A stretch of DNA of 32,000 nucleotides from Promethearchaeum syntrophicum (lineage in GTDB: Archaea > Asgardarchaeota > Lokiarchaeia > Sigyniarchaeales > Promethearchaeaceae): NCBI RefSeq assembly GCF_008000775.2, contig NZ_CP042905.2, positions 1,140,001 through 1,172,000 of the forward strand, written 5' to 3'. The notes beneath the pieces are model-generated. The model made no database searches. It was not told the DNA's origin and saw nothing but the letters and a program-made list of their open reading frames with translations. A program made the position numbers and the translations under genes. Below, piece after piece: positions 8,808-17,033 of this stretch; the stretch's first letter is position 1; every line of letters begins with the position of its first letter.

Positions 8808-10247
8808 TTATTCCTTTAAAATTTCCATTTTTCGAAGTTTTTCTTTAAATTTCTCGATATCTTGTAATCTTTCTCGTTTTGCTTTTTCGTGCGCCTCTAA
8901 TTCTTTAGGATCGATTTTAAATAAGGTAACCCCTTTTCCGATATTTTTCATCAGTTCTTCTAAAACATCTAGTTTATTTTTAACATTACTTAACTTTTGT
9001 AACCTTTGATTCTTGGCAGTCTCATATTCTTTAAGGTCTTCTTCATTAATTCTACTCAAAGGAATTTCATTAGAAATAGTATTTACTAATTCTTCAGCAA
9101 CATCCAGATGATTCTTAAGAACTTGGATTCTTGATCTCCTTTGGAATCTCTCTGCTTCATATTTTTGTAATTCTTCATTAGAAATATGCTCTAAACTTGG
9201 CGCTTCTTGAATTTCTTTCAAAAGCTGATTTGAAATATCGAACTTTGCTTTTATATTCTCTTTTGTTCTTTTTACCTCTGCTATTCTTTTTAATTTTTCC
9301 TGTTCATATTCCTTTTTATCTTCTTCAGCAATAGGTTTTAATGATACTCCTTTCATCTCAACAAAAAGTTGTTCTACTTTATTTAGTTTTGCTTGGATAC
9401 CAGTTAATTCTTCAAGTTTTTCTGTTTTATTCTTTGAAATTTTCTTTAAGTAATTATCTGCTATTTCAAATTTTTCTAAAAATTCAATTTTCATCTCTTC
9501 TGGTAGATCTGGTTTAATTTCTTTTGCAATCTCCTCAACTAGTTCAATGATAACCTCCATTTTAGTCTTAATTTTGCTAACATCCTTCATACGCCGTTTT
9601 CTATCCTTCGCGAGTTCTTTTAATTCTTTTTCGTCTACGGGATTTAGCTTTAACTCTTTGCTTGAGATTTCTTCTAAAATATTACCAAATTGATTTAAAT
9701 GAAAATTTGCTTCATTTAAAGTTTTTAATCTCTTTTGCTTTTCTTCCTCATATTTTTGTATTTCTTTCTGATCAATTTTTTCAAGTTGTTCAATTGGATT
9801 TTGTGAAATCTCCTCTAAGATTGTTGAGAAAGATTTCAATTTTTCAATTGCGTTTTGTTTTTCTTTCTGATATTTCTTTAGATCATCTTCATCGACTTTT
9901 TTAAGTTGTGGAGCCTGGCTAATCTCTTCTAGGAGAGTTTGAGTGTGATCAACAGTTTCTTTTAATTTTAAGAATTTTTCTCTTCTCTCTTGTTTATACT
10001 TTTCATATTCTCCTTTTTCTTTTAAATCAATTGCTTTTAGTTGTATTTTACCTTCCAATAATTCTTCCATCATATCTTTTGCATTATCGTACAATAGTTT
10101 AACGTCGTCAATCTTCTTCATTCTCTCTTTTCGTTTTTCTTCATAAATTTGCTTCTCATCCGCGTTAATCCCTACTAAATTCACTTTTTTTTCTAATAAT
10201 TCCTTCTGAAGATCCTTTATTTTTTTTTTTTCTTCTTCTTCGACCAT
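8808..10247 (-). CDS. Coiled-coil protein with about 10 degenerate 40-48-aa repeats
   Basis: 479 aa and E/K-rich. A unit like LLEEIsxxPxLxx(I/V)DxxELxKYExEKxxRLxxL recurs (e.g. LLEEISQAPQLKKVDEDDLKKYQKEKQ, ILEEISQNPIEQLEKIDQKEIQKYEEEKQKR, LLKEIQEAPSLEHISNEELQKYEAERFQR). Confidence 0.7.
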   Translation of the reverse strand: MVEEEEKKKIKDLQKELLEKKVNLVGINADEKQIYEEKRKERMKKIDDVKLLYDNAKDMMEELLEGKIQLKAIDLKEKGEYEKYKQERREKFLKLKETVDHTQTLLEEISQAPQLKKVDEDDLKKYQKEKQNAIEKLKSFSTILEEISQNPIEQLEKIDQKEIQKYEEEKQKRLKTLNEANFHLNQFGNILEEISSKELKLNPVDEKELKELAKDRKRRMKDVSKIKTKMEVIIELVEEIAKEIKPDLPEEMKIEFLEKFEIADNYLKKISKNKTEKLEELTGIQAKLNKVEQLFVEMKGVSLKPIAEEDKKEYEQEKLKRIAEVKRTKENIKAKFDISNQLLKEIQEAPSLEHISNEELQKYEAERFQRRSRIQVLKNHLDVAEELVNTISNEIPLSRINEEDLKEYETAKNQRLQKLSNVKNKLDVLEELMKNIGKGVTLFKIDPKELEAHEKAKRERLQDIEKFKEKLRKMEILKE

Positions 10248-10375
10248 TTTTAATTCACATGTTATTTGTTTTAATATGTTTGAAATTTAACCATTTTACC
10301 TTAAAAATAATTCTAATAATGGACAATATAATGGCGGATATTTTGAAAACAGAAATAATTTTTTTAAATCGCGAT

Positions 10376-11101
10376 TTATTCCCAATAATTTGGCTCGTCA
10401 CTATTTAAGGCTTCTGTGCTTCCAGTTTTCATGGTTTCTTCACACACCCCGCAAACGTAGTACTTAAATATCGTCATCACAATATGATTATGATTTATGG
10501 GTTTTTTTTTGTTCAAAATTGAGTAATATTCAATTTCTTCATCCTTGTAGTCTGTAGATACGGGATTTCCGTTAATATCCGTTATTTTCACAATACTTTG
10601 GATTTCTAGATTCCCCATTGAAGATCTAAAAGCGAGATTATCGTCCTCAATTGGTATGTTTTCTAAAATTTTTCCCGCCCAATCAGGAGTAAATTCCCTT
10701 ATATTTTCGGGAATTTTATTATTATTGACATCATCTATAAAATTTTGGAGGTTTTGTTGTAATTCTTTTATTGTAATCCATTCATTCTCTTTCCCATTTT
10801 CTTTTAGAGCAAAATCACTTAATTCATCAATTCTGGGGATAGTTTGAATAATATTTTCTTCGCTGTGATTAATTTGAAAGAGGGTATAGGATTCTGGATA
10901 ATCTTTTGTATCCTCATACAGATCATTTAAAAATTTTTGAAATTCTGTTAATATCATCTTATATTTCTGGTTATAGGTTGCAATTTGGGTTTTTATTTCT
11001 TCTTGGATTGATTTTATATCAAATTGAGCTAAAATTTCTTTTTTAGACCTCCCACAATAATAACAGACTTCCTTTTTAGCTTTTTTGATAATTTCAATCA
11101 T
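10376..11101 (-). CDS. Hypothetical protein with terminal CxxC pairs (possible split zinc ribbon)
   Basis: 241 aa with an ATG start. CYYC lies near the N-terminus and CGVC near the C-terminus, with an acidic middle. I recognise no family. Confidence 0.55.
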   Translation of the reverse strand: MIEIIKKAKKEVCYYCGRSKKEILAQFDIKSIQEEIKTQIATYNQKYKMILTEFQKFLNDLYEDTKDYPESYTLFQINHSEENIIQTIPRIDELSDFALKENGKENEWITIKELQQNLQNFIDDVNNNKIPENIREFTPDWAGKILENIPIEDDNLAFRSSMGNLEIQSIVKITDINGNPVSTDYKDEEIEYYSILNKKKPINHNHIVMTIFKYYVCGVCEETMKTGSTEALNSDEPNYWE

Positions 11102-11205
11102 TTTAAAATACCAGATTAATTGCTAATATTAACTTTTATTTCTCTTTCCAACGATTTCTAAAATTATGGGTGTTATTTTATACTTTTGTTTAGAATGATA
11201 ATAAA

Positions 11206-11862
11206 TTACACTCTTTTTCCAAATATTGCAGTTCCAATACGAACCATGTTTCCACCTTCCGCAATTGCAACTCTATAATCTCCAGACATTCCCATGCTTA
11301 AAATATCAAGATTATAATCTTTTTTGTATTTATCAAATAATGTTTTCATTTTTTTGAAAAAATTCTTTGAATTTTCATTAAAAGGGGGGATACACATTAA
11401 TCCTCGGAGTTTAAGGTTTTTTAAAGATTTAATATGCTCCACTAAGTCAAAAAGGTTCTCTTGGTTAATTCCGCCTTTGCTTATTTCAGCTCCGATATTT
11501 ATCTCAATTAAAATTGGCATTATTTTTTTTAATTCTGCACATGCATTATTTAACTTTTGTGCAAGTTTGATTGAATCAATTGATTGAATCATGTCAAAAT
11601 ATTGTGCAGCGAGCTTTACTTTATTAGATTGAAGGTGTCCGATGAAATGCCATTTTATCTCCTTCAAATTTTTTAATTTATTAATTTTTGGGATAGCGTC
11701 TTGAATATAATTTTCTCCAAAGTCTCTCTGTCCTAAATTATATGCCTCTTCAATGAGTTCAACTGGTTTTTTCTTGGAAACTGCAACGAGTTTTACATTT
11801 TCGGGAATTTTCAGGTTTTCTATGTTTTTTCCAATATTACTTGGTAAATTTTTATCTTCCAA
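11206..11862 (-). CDS. yggS: YggS/PROSC-family PLP-binding protein
   Basis: VKLVAVSKKKP (PLP lysine context), FGENYIQD, HFIGHLQSNK and C-terminal MVRIGTAIFG are all typical of YggS. The start codon is TTG, with no upstream in-frame ATG. Confidence 0.85.
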   Translation of the reverse strand: MEDKNLPSNIGKNIENLKIPENVKLVAVSKKKPVELIEEAYNLGQRDFGENYIQDAIPKINKLKNLKEIKWHFIGHLQSNKVKLAAQYFDMIQSIDSIKLAQKLNNACAELKKIMPILIEINIGAEISKGGINQENLFDLVEHIKSLKNLKLRGLMCIPPFNENSKNFFKKMKTLFDKYKKDYNLDILSMGMSGDYRVAIAEGGNMVRIGTAIFGKRV

Positions 11863-11907
11863 TTACAATCCTATCCATTTTCAGCAATTTATTAAATTCC
11901 ATAGAAG

Positions 11908-12525
11908 TTATTTCTTTTTTTGAAAAAAATAATCCAGAAATCCAAATTTATATTTTGAATCGAGCTCCAATCGATGAATAAATTTCTTCTGTTTTTCTAG
12001 AATATGCACATCTTTTAGCATGATTTCACATTCCTCTTCAGTTAAAAGAGTATGGATAACTTTTTCTCCATCAAAAATTTCAACATATTCACCCGGTGCT
12101 AGTTCTTCTGCACTTTTATGGAGATCGTCATCAATATCTAAAAAATTTATAAACCCAATACCACCAGGTTTAAGAATTCGAATCATTTCATTAACAGCTT
12201 GATGAATTTCTTTTTTAGTCATATGGAAAATAGTATTGTAAGAGTATACAGCATCAAAAGAATTATCTTCAAATGGAATTTCTTTCATATTTGCTTTTTG
12301 CAGGTTAATTTCAATATTATTTTCCTTAGCAAATTGCTTCGCTGACTCTAAGGAATCATCAGAAATATCAATTCCATATAAATCCTTATATCCGTATTTT
12401 GCTAAAAGCCCTAATTTAGGGTATCGCCCCCCTGCACCACAATCAAGGATTTTATTTCCAACTTCTTTCTGTTTTAAAAACCACAAAAAATCATATATTT
12501 CTGTTGTGAATTCATTTCGATTCAT
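11908..12525 (-). CDS. Class I SAM-dependent methyltransferase
   Basis: ILDCGAGGR (motif I), LYGIDISD (motif II acidic residue) and FDAVYSYNTIFHM match a Methyltransf_11/25-like layout. It lies 37 bp downstream of the nucleotidyltransferase gene. Confidence 0.8.
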   Translation of the reverse strand: MNRNEFTTEIYDFLWFLKQKEVGNKILDCGAGGRYPKLGLLAKYGYKDLYGIDISDDSLESAKQFAKENNIEINLQKANMKEIPFEDNSFDAVYSYNTIFHMTKKEIHQAVNEMIRILKPGGIGFINFLDIDDDLHKSAEELAPGEYVEIFDGEKVIHTLLTEEECEIMLKDVHILEKQKKFIHRLELDSKYKFGFLDYFFQKKK

Positions 12526-12562
12526 AAATCTAAACCTCTAATAACTCAATTATTAATTTTAA

Positions 12563-13285
12563 TTATAATTTCTTTTGAATTTGCTTTGCTAAATTTAAAT
12601 CATCAAGCGTATCAATTTCCATGCAAAATTCATTTACAATATCCAAAGGGATCAAATTTATTGTATCTGAGATCTCATTAAAAGCATTTTCAGCATAACA
12701 AGAAGTATTATTGTTTTTTACGAATTTCTCAATATTATTCATCCATAATTCAAAGTCTTCTTTAGTCCAATAATAAAGAGGGAGTAGGAATATGGCTTTT
12801 TCTCCAAATACGTCAATTCCAATTTTTGTTATTTTTCCATTTTGGATTAATCCCTTAAAATCCTTTTCAGGTAATGGGGTTGCTCGATCAACGATAGCGG
12901 AACTTTTTTTTTGTTTGACTATTTTTTGAATCACAGATTTTTCAAACACTAAATCTCCATGTAATAGAAGAATATCGTCATCATTGATTTCACTTCTCGC
13001 CAGCCACATTGAATAAATATAATTTGTAGATTCGAATTTTGGATTATTGGGATATATTACATCTAATTCGGGGAATTTTTCGTTTACATGATTAATTATT
13101 TTATCTTGTAAAGGACCAGTGGTGATAATATATTTTTTTACTCCGACTGATAATAATAATTCAATCTGGCGCTGTAAAATCGATTTTCCGTTTATTTCTA
13201 ATAAACATTTTGGCAAATTATCTGTTAAAGGTTTCAATCTGCGCGCTAAACCAGAATTTAAGATTAATGCTTTCATAGGTTTCAT
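12563..13285 (-). CDS. LicC/GlmU-type nucleotidyltransferase (candidate phosphonate or phospho-alcohol cytidylyltransferase)
   Basis: N-terminus KALILNSGLARRLKPLTDNLPKCLLEINGKSIL is the NTP-transferase signature (G-x-G-x-R-L...P-K). 240 aa. Confidence 0.75.
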   Translation of the reverse strand: MKPMKALILNSGLARRLKPLTDNLPKCLLEINGKSILQRQIELLLSVGVKKYIITTGPLQDKIINHVNEKFPELDVIYPNNPKFESTNYIYSMWLARSEINDDDILLLHGDLVFEKSVIQKIVKQKKSSAIVDRATPLPEKDFKGLIQNGKITKIGIDVFGEKAIFLLPLYYWTKEDFELWMNNIEKFVKNNNTSCYAENAFNEISDTINLIPLDIVNEFCMEIDTLDDLNLAKQIQKKL

Positions 13286-13300
13286 CTTTGATATTTATCT

Positions 13301-14470
13301 TTATAATAGTGTATGTAAAATTTTCCTTAATTTGTCTTCAGTTAATTTTCTGGGATTGTGCTTCACACGATCGGGAGTAAACCCTTCAGCGATTATCAAT
13401 TCAATTCCTTTCTTATCTATTCCAACTTCATGCAATTTAGTGGGTAAATTAAGAGTTGTCATCAAATTTGTTATCATCTGTGCAGCATTATCAGGTGAAT
13501 CTGCTCCAATCGCATCTGAGATTTTCCTTAACCGATCAGGGGCTTCATCTATGTTATTTTCAGTTTTTTCAGAATTGAATAAAAGAAATTGACTAAGTGT
13601 CAATGCACAAGCTAGTCCATGAGGGACATTGAAATGTAATGTAATTGGATAAGAGACTGAATGAACCGCAGTAGTTTTTGTATTGCTAAATGCTAAACCA
13701 GATAATAAACTTCCAAATGCTAGATTTTTTCGGATGTCAATATTTGAAGGATCTTTGAAAATCTCTTGGAGATTTGAAAATATAATAGGAATTGCTTGCA
13801 AAGCATAAATATCAGAAATCTTATTATGGTTTTTTGACCAATAAGCTTCAATAGCTTGACTGAATGCATCCAATCCCGTAATAACTGACATTTTTTTCGG
13901 TAAACTTTTGACTAGCGTTGGATCAATAATAGCACCTTTTGCATACATCTTAAGGTCAGATAAAGAATACTTTTTTTGCTTTTCTCCCAAATCCCAGACT
14001 GTAGCCCATCGAGTAACTTCAGAACCGGTTCCGGATGTTGTAGGTACTTCTATCAAAGGAATTCCATAATTTTCAAGAGTTTTACCTTCTTTAAGATACA
14101 GATTAATACTCCCTGGATTATTTCCTAATATTGCCATACATTTAGCAGTATCCATGGCGGATCCTCCTCCAATTCCAATTATTAAATTGTAATTCTTATT
14201 CCTGACTAAATTTGCTCCATTATCAATAATCTTTATCGAGGAGAAATATCCTTCTTTTTCAAAAATCTCAACTATAAAACCATCTTTTTCTAATAATTCA
14301 AGAATTTTTTCGGAAATTCCCAAAATATTTAGAAGGTTTTTATCAGTGACAATAAGTATCTTAGCATTTTTTATACTTTTTGTATATTTTTGAACAATCT
14401 CGGAAATATTTAGTAGTGAATTTATTCCAAATAGGACTTCCACCGGATTGTAATAAGTTTTCAATGTCAT
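13301..14470 (-). CDS. Group III iron-containing alcohol dehydrogenase (candidate phosphonoacetaldehyde reductase)
   Basis: GIGGGSAMDTAK and PTTSGTGSEVT motifs are present. It sits immediately downstream of ppd. The track start at 14479 is TTG, and the first ATG (MTLKTYYNP...) is at 14470. Confidence 0.8.
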   Translation of the reverse strand: MTLKTYYNPVEVLFGINSLLNISEIVQKYTKSIKNAKILIVTDKNLLNILGISEKILELLEKDGFIVEIFEKEGYFSSIKIIDNGANLVRNKNYNLIIGIGGGSAMDTAKCMAILGNNPGSINLYLKEGKTLENYGIPLIEVPTTSGTGSEVTRWATVWDLGEKQKKYSLSDLKMYAKGAIIDPTLVKSLPKKMSVITGLDAFSQAIEAYWSKNHNKISDIYALQAIPIIFSNLQEIFKDPSNIDIRKNLAFGSLLSGLAFSNTKTTAVHSVSYPITLHFNVPHGLACALTLSQFLLFNSEKTENNIDEAPDRLRKISDAIGADSPDNAAQMITNLMTTLNLPTKLHEVGIDKKGIELIIAEGFTPDRVKHNPRKLTEDKLRKILHTLL

Positions 14471-14503
14471 CTTTATCAATTTTCAATTTTTTTTTTTTTT
14501 ACT

Positions 14504-15631
14504 TTAATCTTGAAGAAATTTCATAAAATAGTCTTTATTTTGAATTGGAGTAGTGGTAGGTCTTCCCAAATCATCTCGTGAGCCTTTTTTGACTTTAATA
14601 ATTAACATTGATGGTCCTTTTCCATCTTCCTTGAACATCTTATTTAATGCAATTTTCAATTCTTCTTTATTATTTGCTTGATAAACTGAAGTATAGCCAC
14701 TTCCAAGACAAATTTCTTTGAAATTGATGGTATCTGAGACAGTAGGTTGTCCCCCTGTAGATTCATGAGCATTGTTATCAATTAATATATGGAAAAAGTT
14801 CTCTGGATGATAGTGTCCAATAGTAGTTAGTGCACCAAGCTGCATAATTAATGCGCCATCACCATCTAATACAACAGTTTTTTTCTTTGAATTCAATGCT
14901 ATGCCTAAAGCGATTGAAGAAGTGCATCCCATCGAACCTACTGTGTAGAAATCGCGTGGATTTTCTCCTCTCGCAATTCTTAACTCAAAAATTTCTCGAG
15001 AAGTTTTACCTGTTGTTGAAACAATAACCTCGTCACCAGTGAAGGATTCAATTATTGTTTTTAATGCTTCTTCCCTCGTCATTTCATAAGTAATTTCTTT
15101 TCTTTTTGTACTAGTAAAAGGTTCAATTATGTTTTTTTTTACAATCAAAGCATAGGGTTTTTTATTGTCCTTAAAGAAAATTGAAATTTTTTGTAGTACC
15201 TGCTCAAATTCTGATAGAGTTTCTGGTAAATAACTATAGGGAATTTCTAGTGCTTCTAAAATAGGTATCATAACTCTTCCCATTTTTTTATGTTGAGGTT
15301 CATCCTTCTTACCTGGTTCACCCCTCCATCCAATCATTAATAATATTGGTATAGAATATACTTCAAAATCTGCCAGAGAAGTAATAGGATTGACCGTTTT
15401 TCCAAATCCAGAATTTTGCATATATACAACTCCAACATTTTTTGTTGCTAAATGATAACCTGAAGCAATAGCCACTGCTTCACACTCATTACAAGCAATA
15501 ATATTTTTCAATTCATTTCCATTATTTTCATCTAAATAGGTCATCCACGCTTTAAAAGTTGAATCAGGAACACCCGTAAAGAAAGAAAAATTGTGTTTTT
15601 TAAAACCATTCCAAATTTCATTACAATTCAT
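14504..15631 (-). CDS. ppd: Phosphonopyruvate decarboxylase (ThDP-dependent)
   Basis: It has N-terminal FFTGVPDS and the ThDP motif GDGALIMQLGALTTIGHYHPENFFHILIDNN. At ~375 aa it is typical of Ppd/ComDE, and it lies 18 bp downstream of pepM. The track start at 15640 is GTG, and the first ATG is at 15631. Confidence 0.8.
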   Translation of the reverse strand: MNCNEIWNGFKKHNFSFFTGVPDSTFKAWMTYLDENNGNELKNIIACNECEAVAIASGYHLATKNVGVVYMQNSGFGKTVNPITSLADFEVYSIPILLMIGWRGEPGKKDEPQHKKMGRVMIPILEALEIPYSYLPETLSEFEQVLQKISIFFKDNKKPYALIVKKNIIEPFTSTKRKEITYEMTREEALKTIIESFTGDEVIVSTTGKTSREIFELRIARGENPRDFYTVGSMGCTSSIALGIALNSKKKTVVLDGDGALIMQLGALTTIGHYHPENFFHILIDNNAHESTGGQPTVSDTINFKEICLGSGYTSVYQANNKEELKIALNKMFKEDGKGPSMLIIKVKKGSRDDLGRPTTTPIQNKDYFMKFLQD

Positions 15632-15649
15632 ATTATTCACACCAGCACT

Positions 15650-16945
15650 TCAAATTGGTATTAAATCAAGTATTTCTTTAATCGAGATACAATATTTATC
15701 AGAAGCTTCTTTCGCTCTATGATTTGTTAAAATTGATTTTGCGGTTTTCAGCATATTCGGATATGCACTTCTGAGAAGCTGATTTGCATAAATTACAACT
15801 TTAATTCCTGCACTTATTAATTCTTCTTCAGTAATTTGGGAATATGTGCTTGGAACAACAACTAACGGAACTTTATCTTTTAAATTATTGTAATTTTTAC
15901 AAAAAGTTAGAATCTCATCAGGATTATCTTCTTTACTATGAATCATAATACCATCAGCTCCCGCCTTGATATATGCTTTAGCGCGTTTCAAAGCATCTTC
16001 TTGACCTTGTTTAAGTATAAGACTTTCAATTCGTGCAATAATCATAAAGTCTTTAGTTACTTGGGCTTTTTTTCCTGAATTGATTTTAGTAGAGAAGTTT
16101 TCAATGGTATCTTGACGTTGAACTACATCAGTTCCAAATAGAGAATTTCTCTTCATACCCACTTTATCTTCAATAATAACTGCTGAAATCCCCAATCTTT
16201 CTAAAGTTTTAACGGTATATAAAAAATGTTCAACTAATCCCCCATTGTCTGCATCAACAATCATTGGTTTGGTTGTTACATCGAGAATTTCATTAATTGT
16301 CCTTATTCTTGACGTAATATCGACGCACCCCGTATCCGGTTTACCTTTAGAGGTAGAATCTGTTAAACTACTCTCCCACATCCCATCAAACTCTCTAAAA
16401 GATTCTCCTTCATAAATACCCGTTAATTCCGCAATTCTTCCTGTTAATCCATTATGTGTTTCGAGTATTCTAACAATAGGTTTCATTTGAATAAGTGTTC
16501 TTAGTTTCTTAAGTCGCTTTTCTGGCGTGGTCCCTACTCCAAATTTATCTTTAATTAATTGTCCAGAGTTTAATCCTTCTGTGAATTCTGGTTCAATCAA
16601 ATTTCCATCCCATTCTTTTAAAACTTCTATTACCTGCAATCTAGTATTCTTTAAAGGACCTTCTTTCCAATCATCACCGTGGACTACATATTCTGGTTTG
16701 ATTTTTCTTAAATTCTCACTATAGTCTAAAGAATTCTGGGGGATTATTTCTGATACTCCTTGAATATTTTCAATGACCTCCTTTCTCTGTTGATAATTTA
16801 AAACGGGAAGTCGTTTGTATGTAGCAATCGCTTCATCTGTAAGCAACCCTATTATAACTTGACCGAGTTTCCTTGCTTCTTTAATGATTCGAAGATGTCC
16901 CGGATGTATGAAATCAGCTGAAAGTGCAACATAAACCTTTGTCAT
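15650..16945 (-). CDS. pepM: Bifunctional cytidylyltransferase (HxGH type) - phosphoenolpyruvate mutase fusion
   Basis: The N-terminal ~135 aa (YVALSADFIHPGHLRIIKEARKLG) show the TagD-like HxGH nucleotidyltransferase motif. The C-terminal ~290 aa contain ETHNGLTGRIAE, MWESSLTDS and VDADNGG. They also carry the PepM-diagnostic EDKVGMKRNS (EDKX5NS) at 16142..16171, verified at the nucleotide level. The track start at 16957 is TTG, and the ATG is at 16945. Confidence 0.85.
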   Translation of the reverse strand: MTKVYVALSADFIHPGHLRIIKEARKLGQVIIGLLTDEAIATYKRLPVLNYQQRKEVIENIQGVSEIIPQNSLDYSENLRKIKPEYVVHGDDWKEGPLKNTRLQVIEVLKEWDGNLIEPEFTEGLNSGQLIKDKFGVGTTPEKRLKKLRTLIQMKPIVRILETHNGLTGRIAELTGIYEGESFREFDGMWESSLTDSTSKGKPDTGCVDITSRIRTINEILDVTTKPMIVDADNGGLVEHFLYTVKTLERLGISAVIIEDKVGMKRNSLFGTDVVQRQDTIENFSTKINSGKKAQVTKDFMIIARIESLILKQGQEDALKRAKAYIKAGADGIMIHSKEDNPDEILTFCKNYNNLKDKVPLVVVPSTYSQITEEELISAGIKVVIYANQLLRSAYPNMLKTAKSILTNHRAKEASDKYCISIKEILDLIPI

Positions 16946-17033
16946 ATTTTCTATCAAGCAATCATTGAAAAAAAAGTTTCAACATTTATTGCATGGATCA
17001 AAGAATTTTAGGAATGAAAAATGATAGTAATAT

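Noticed and set aside
10220-10231. The A12/T12 homopolymer as a phase-variation switch (other long runs at 7921..7930, 14491..14503 and 25137..25147)
   Set aside because: Homopolymer A/T runs are expected by composition in a genome this AT-rich, and there is no evidence of variability in a single sequence. It is mentioned only as a minor note under the coiled-coil gene.
13119-13592. 157-aa plus-strand ORF spanning the nucleotidyltransferase/ADH junction
   Set aside because: It is antisense to two well-supported minus-strand genes and its translation is low-complexity. The same applies to 8069..8272, 9662..9904, 10656..10847, 11324..11587, 12020..12202 and 16527..16724.
14504-15640. Alternative call as sulfopyruvate decarboxylase (ComDE, coenzyme M pathway)
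   Set aside because: The families are homologous and I cannot separate them by eye. The immediate adjacency to a PepM with an intact EDKX5NS motif, and the absence of other com genes, favour Ppd. The alternative is kept as a caveat.
11908-16957. Interpreting the operon as a fosfomycin or methylphosphonate cluster
   Set aside because: The Fom1-like fusion, Ppd and ADH are shared early steps. However, the window contains no Fom3 radical-SAM methylase, HppE epoxidase, FomD, or MpnS/HEPD-type cupin dioxygenase, so neither end product can be claimed.
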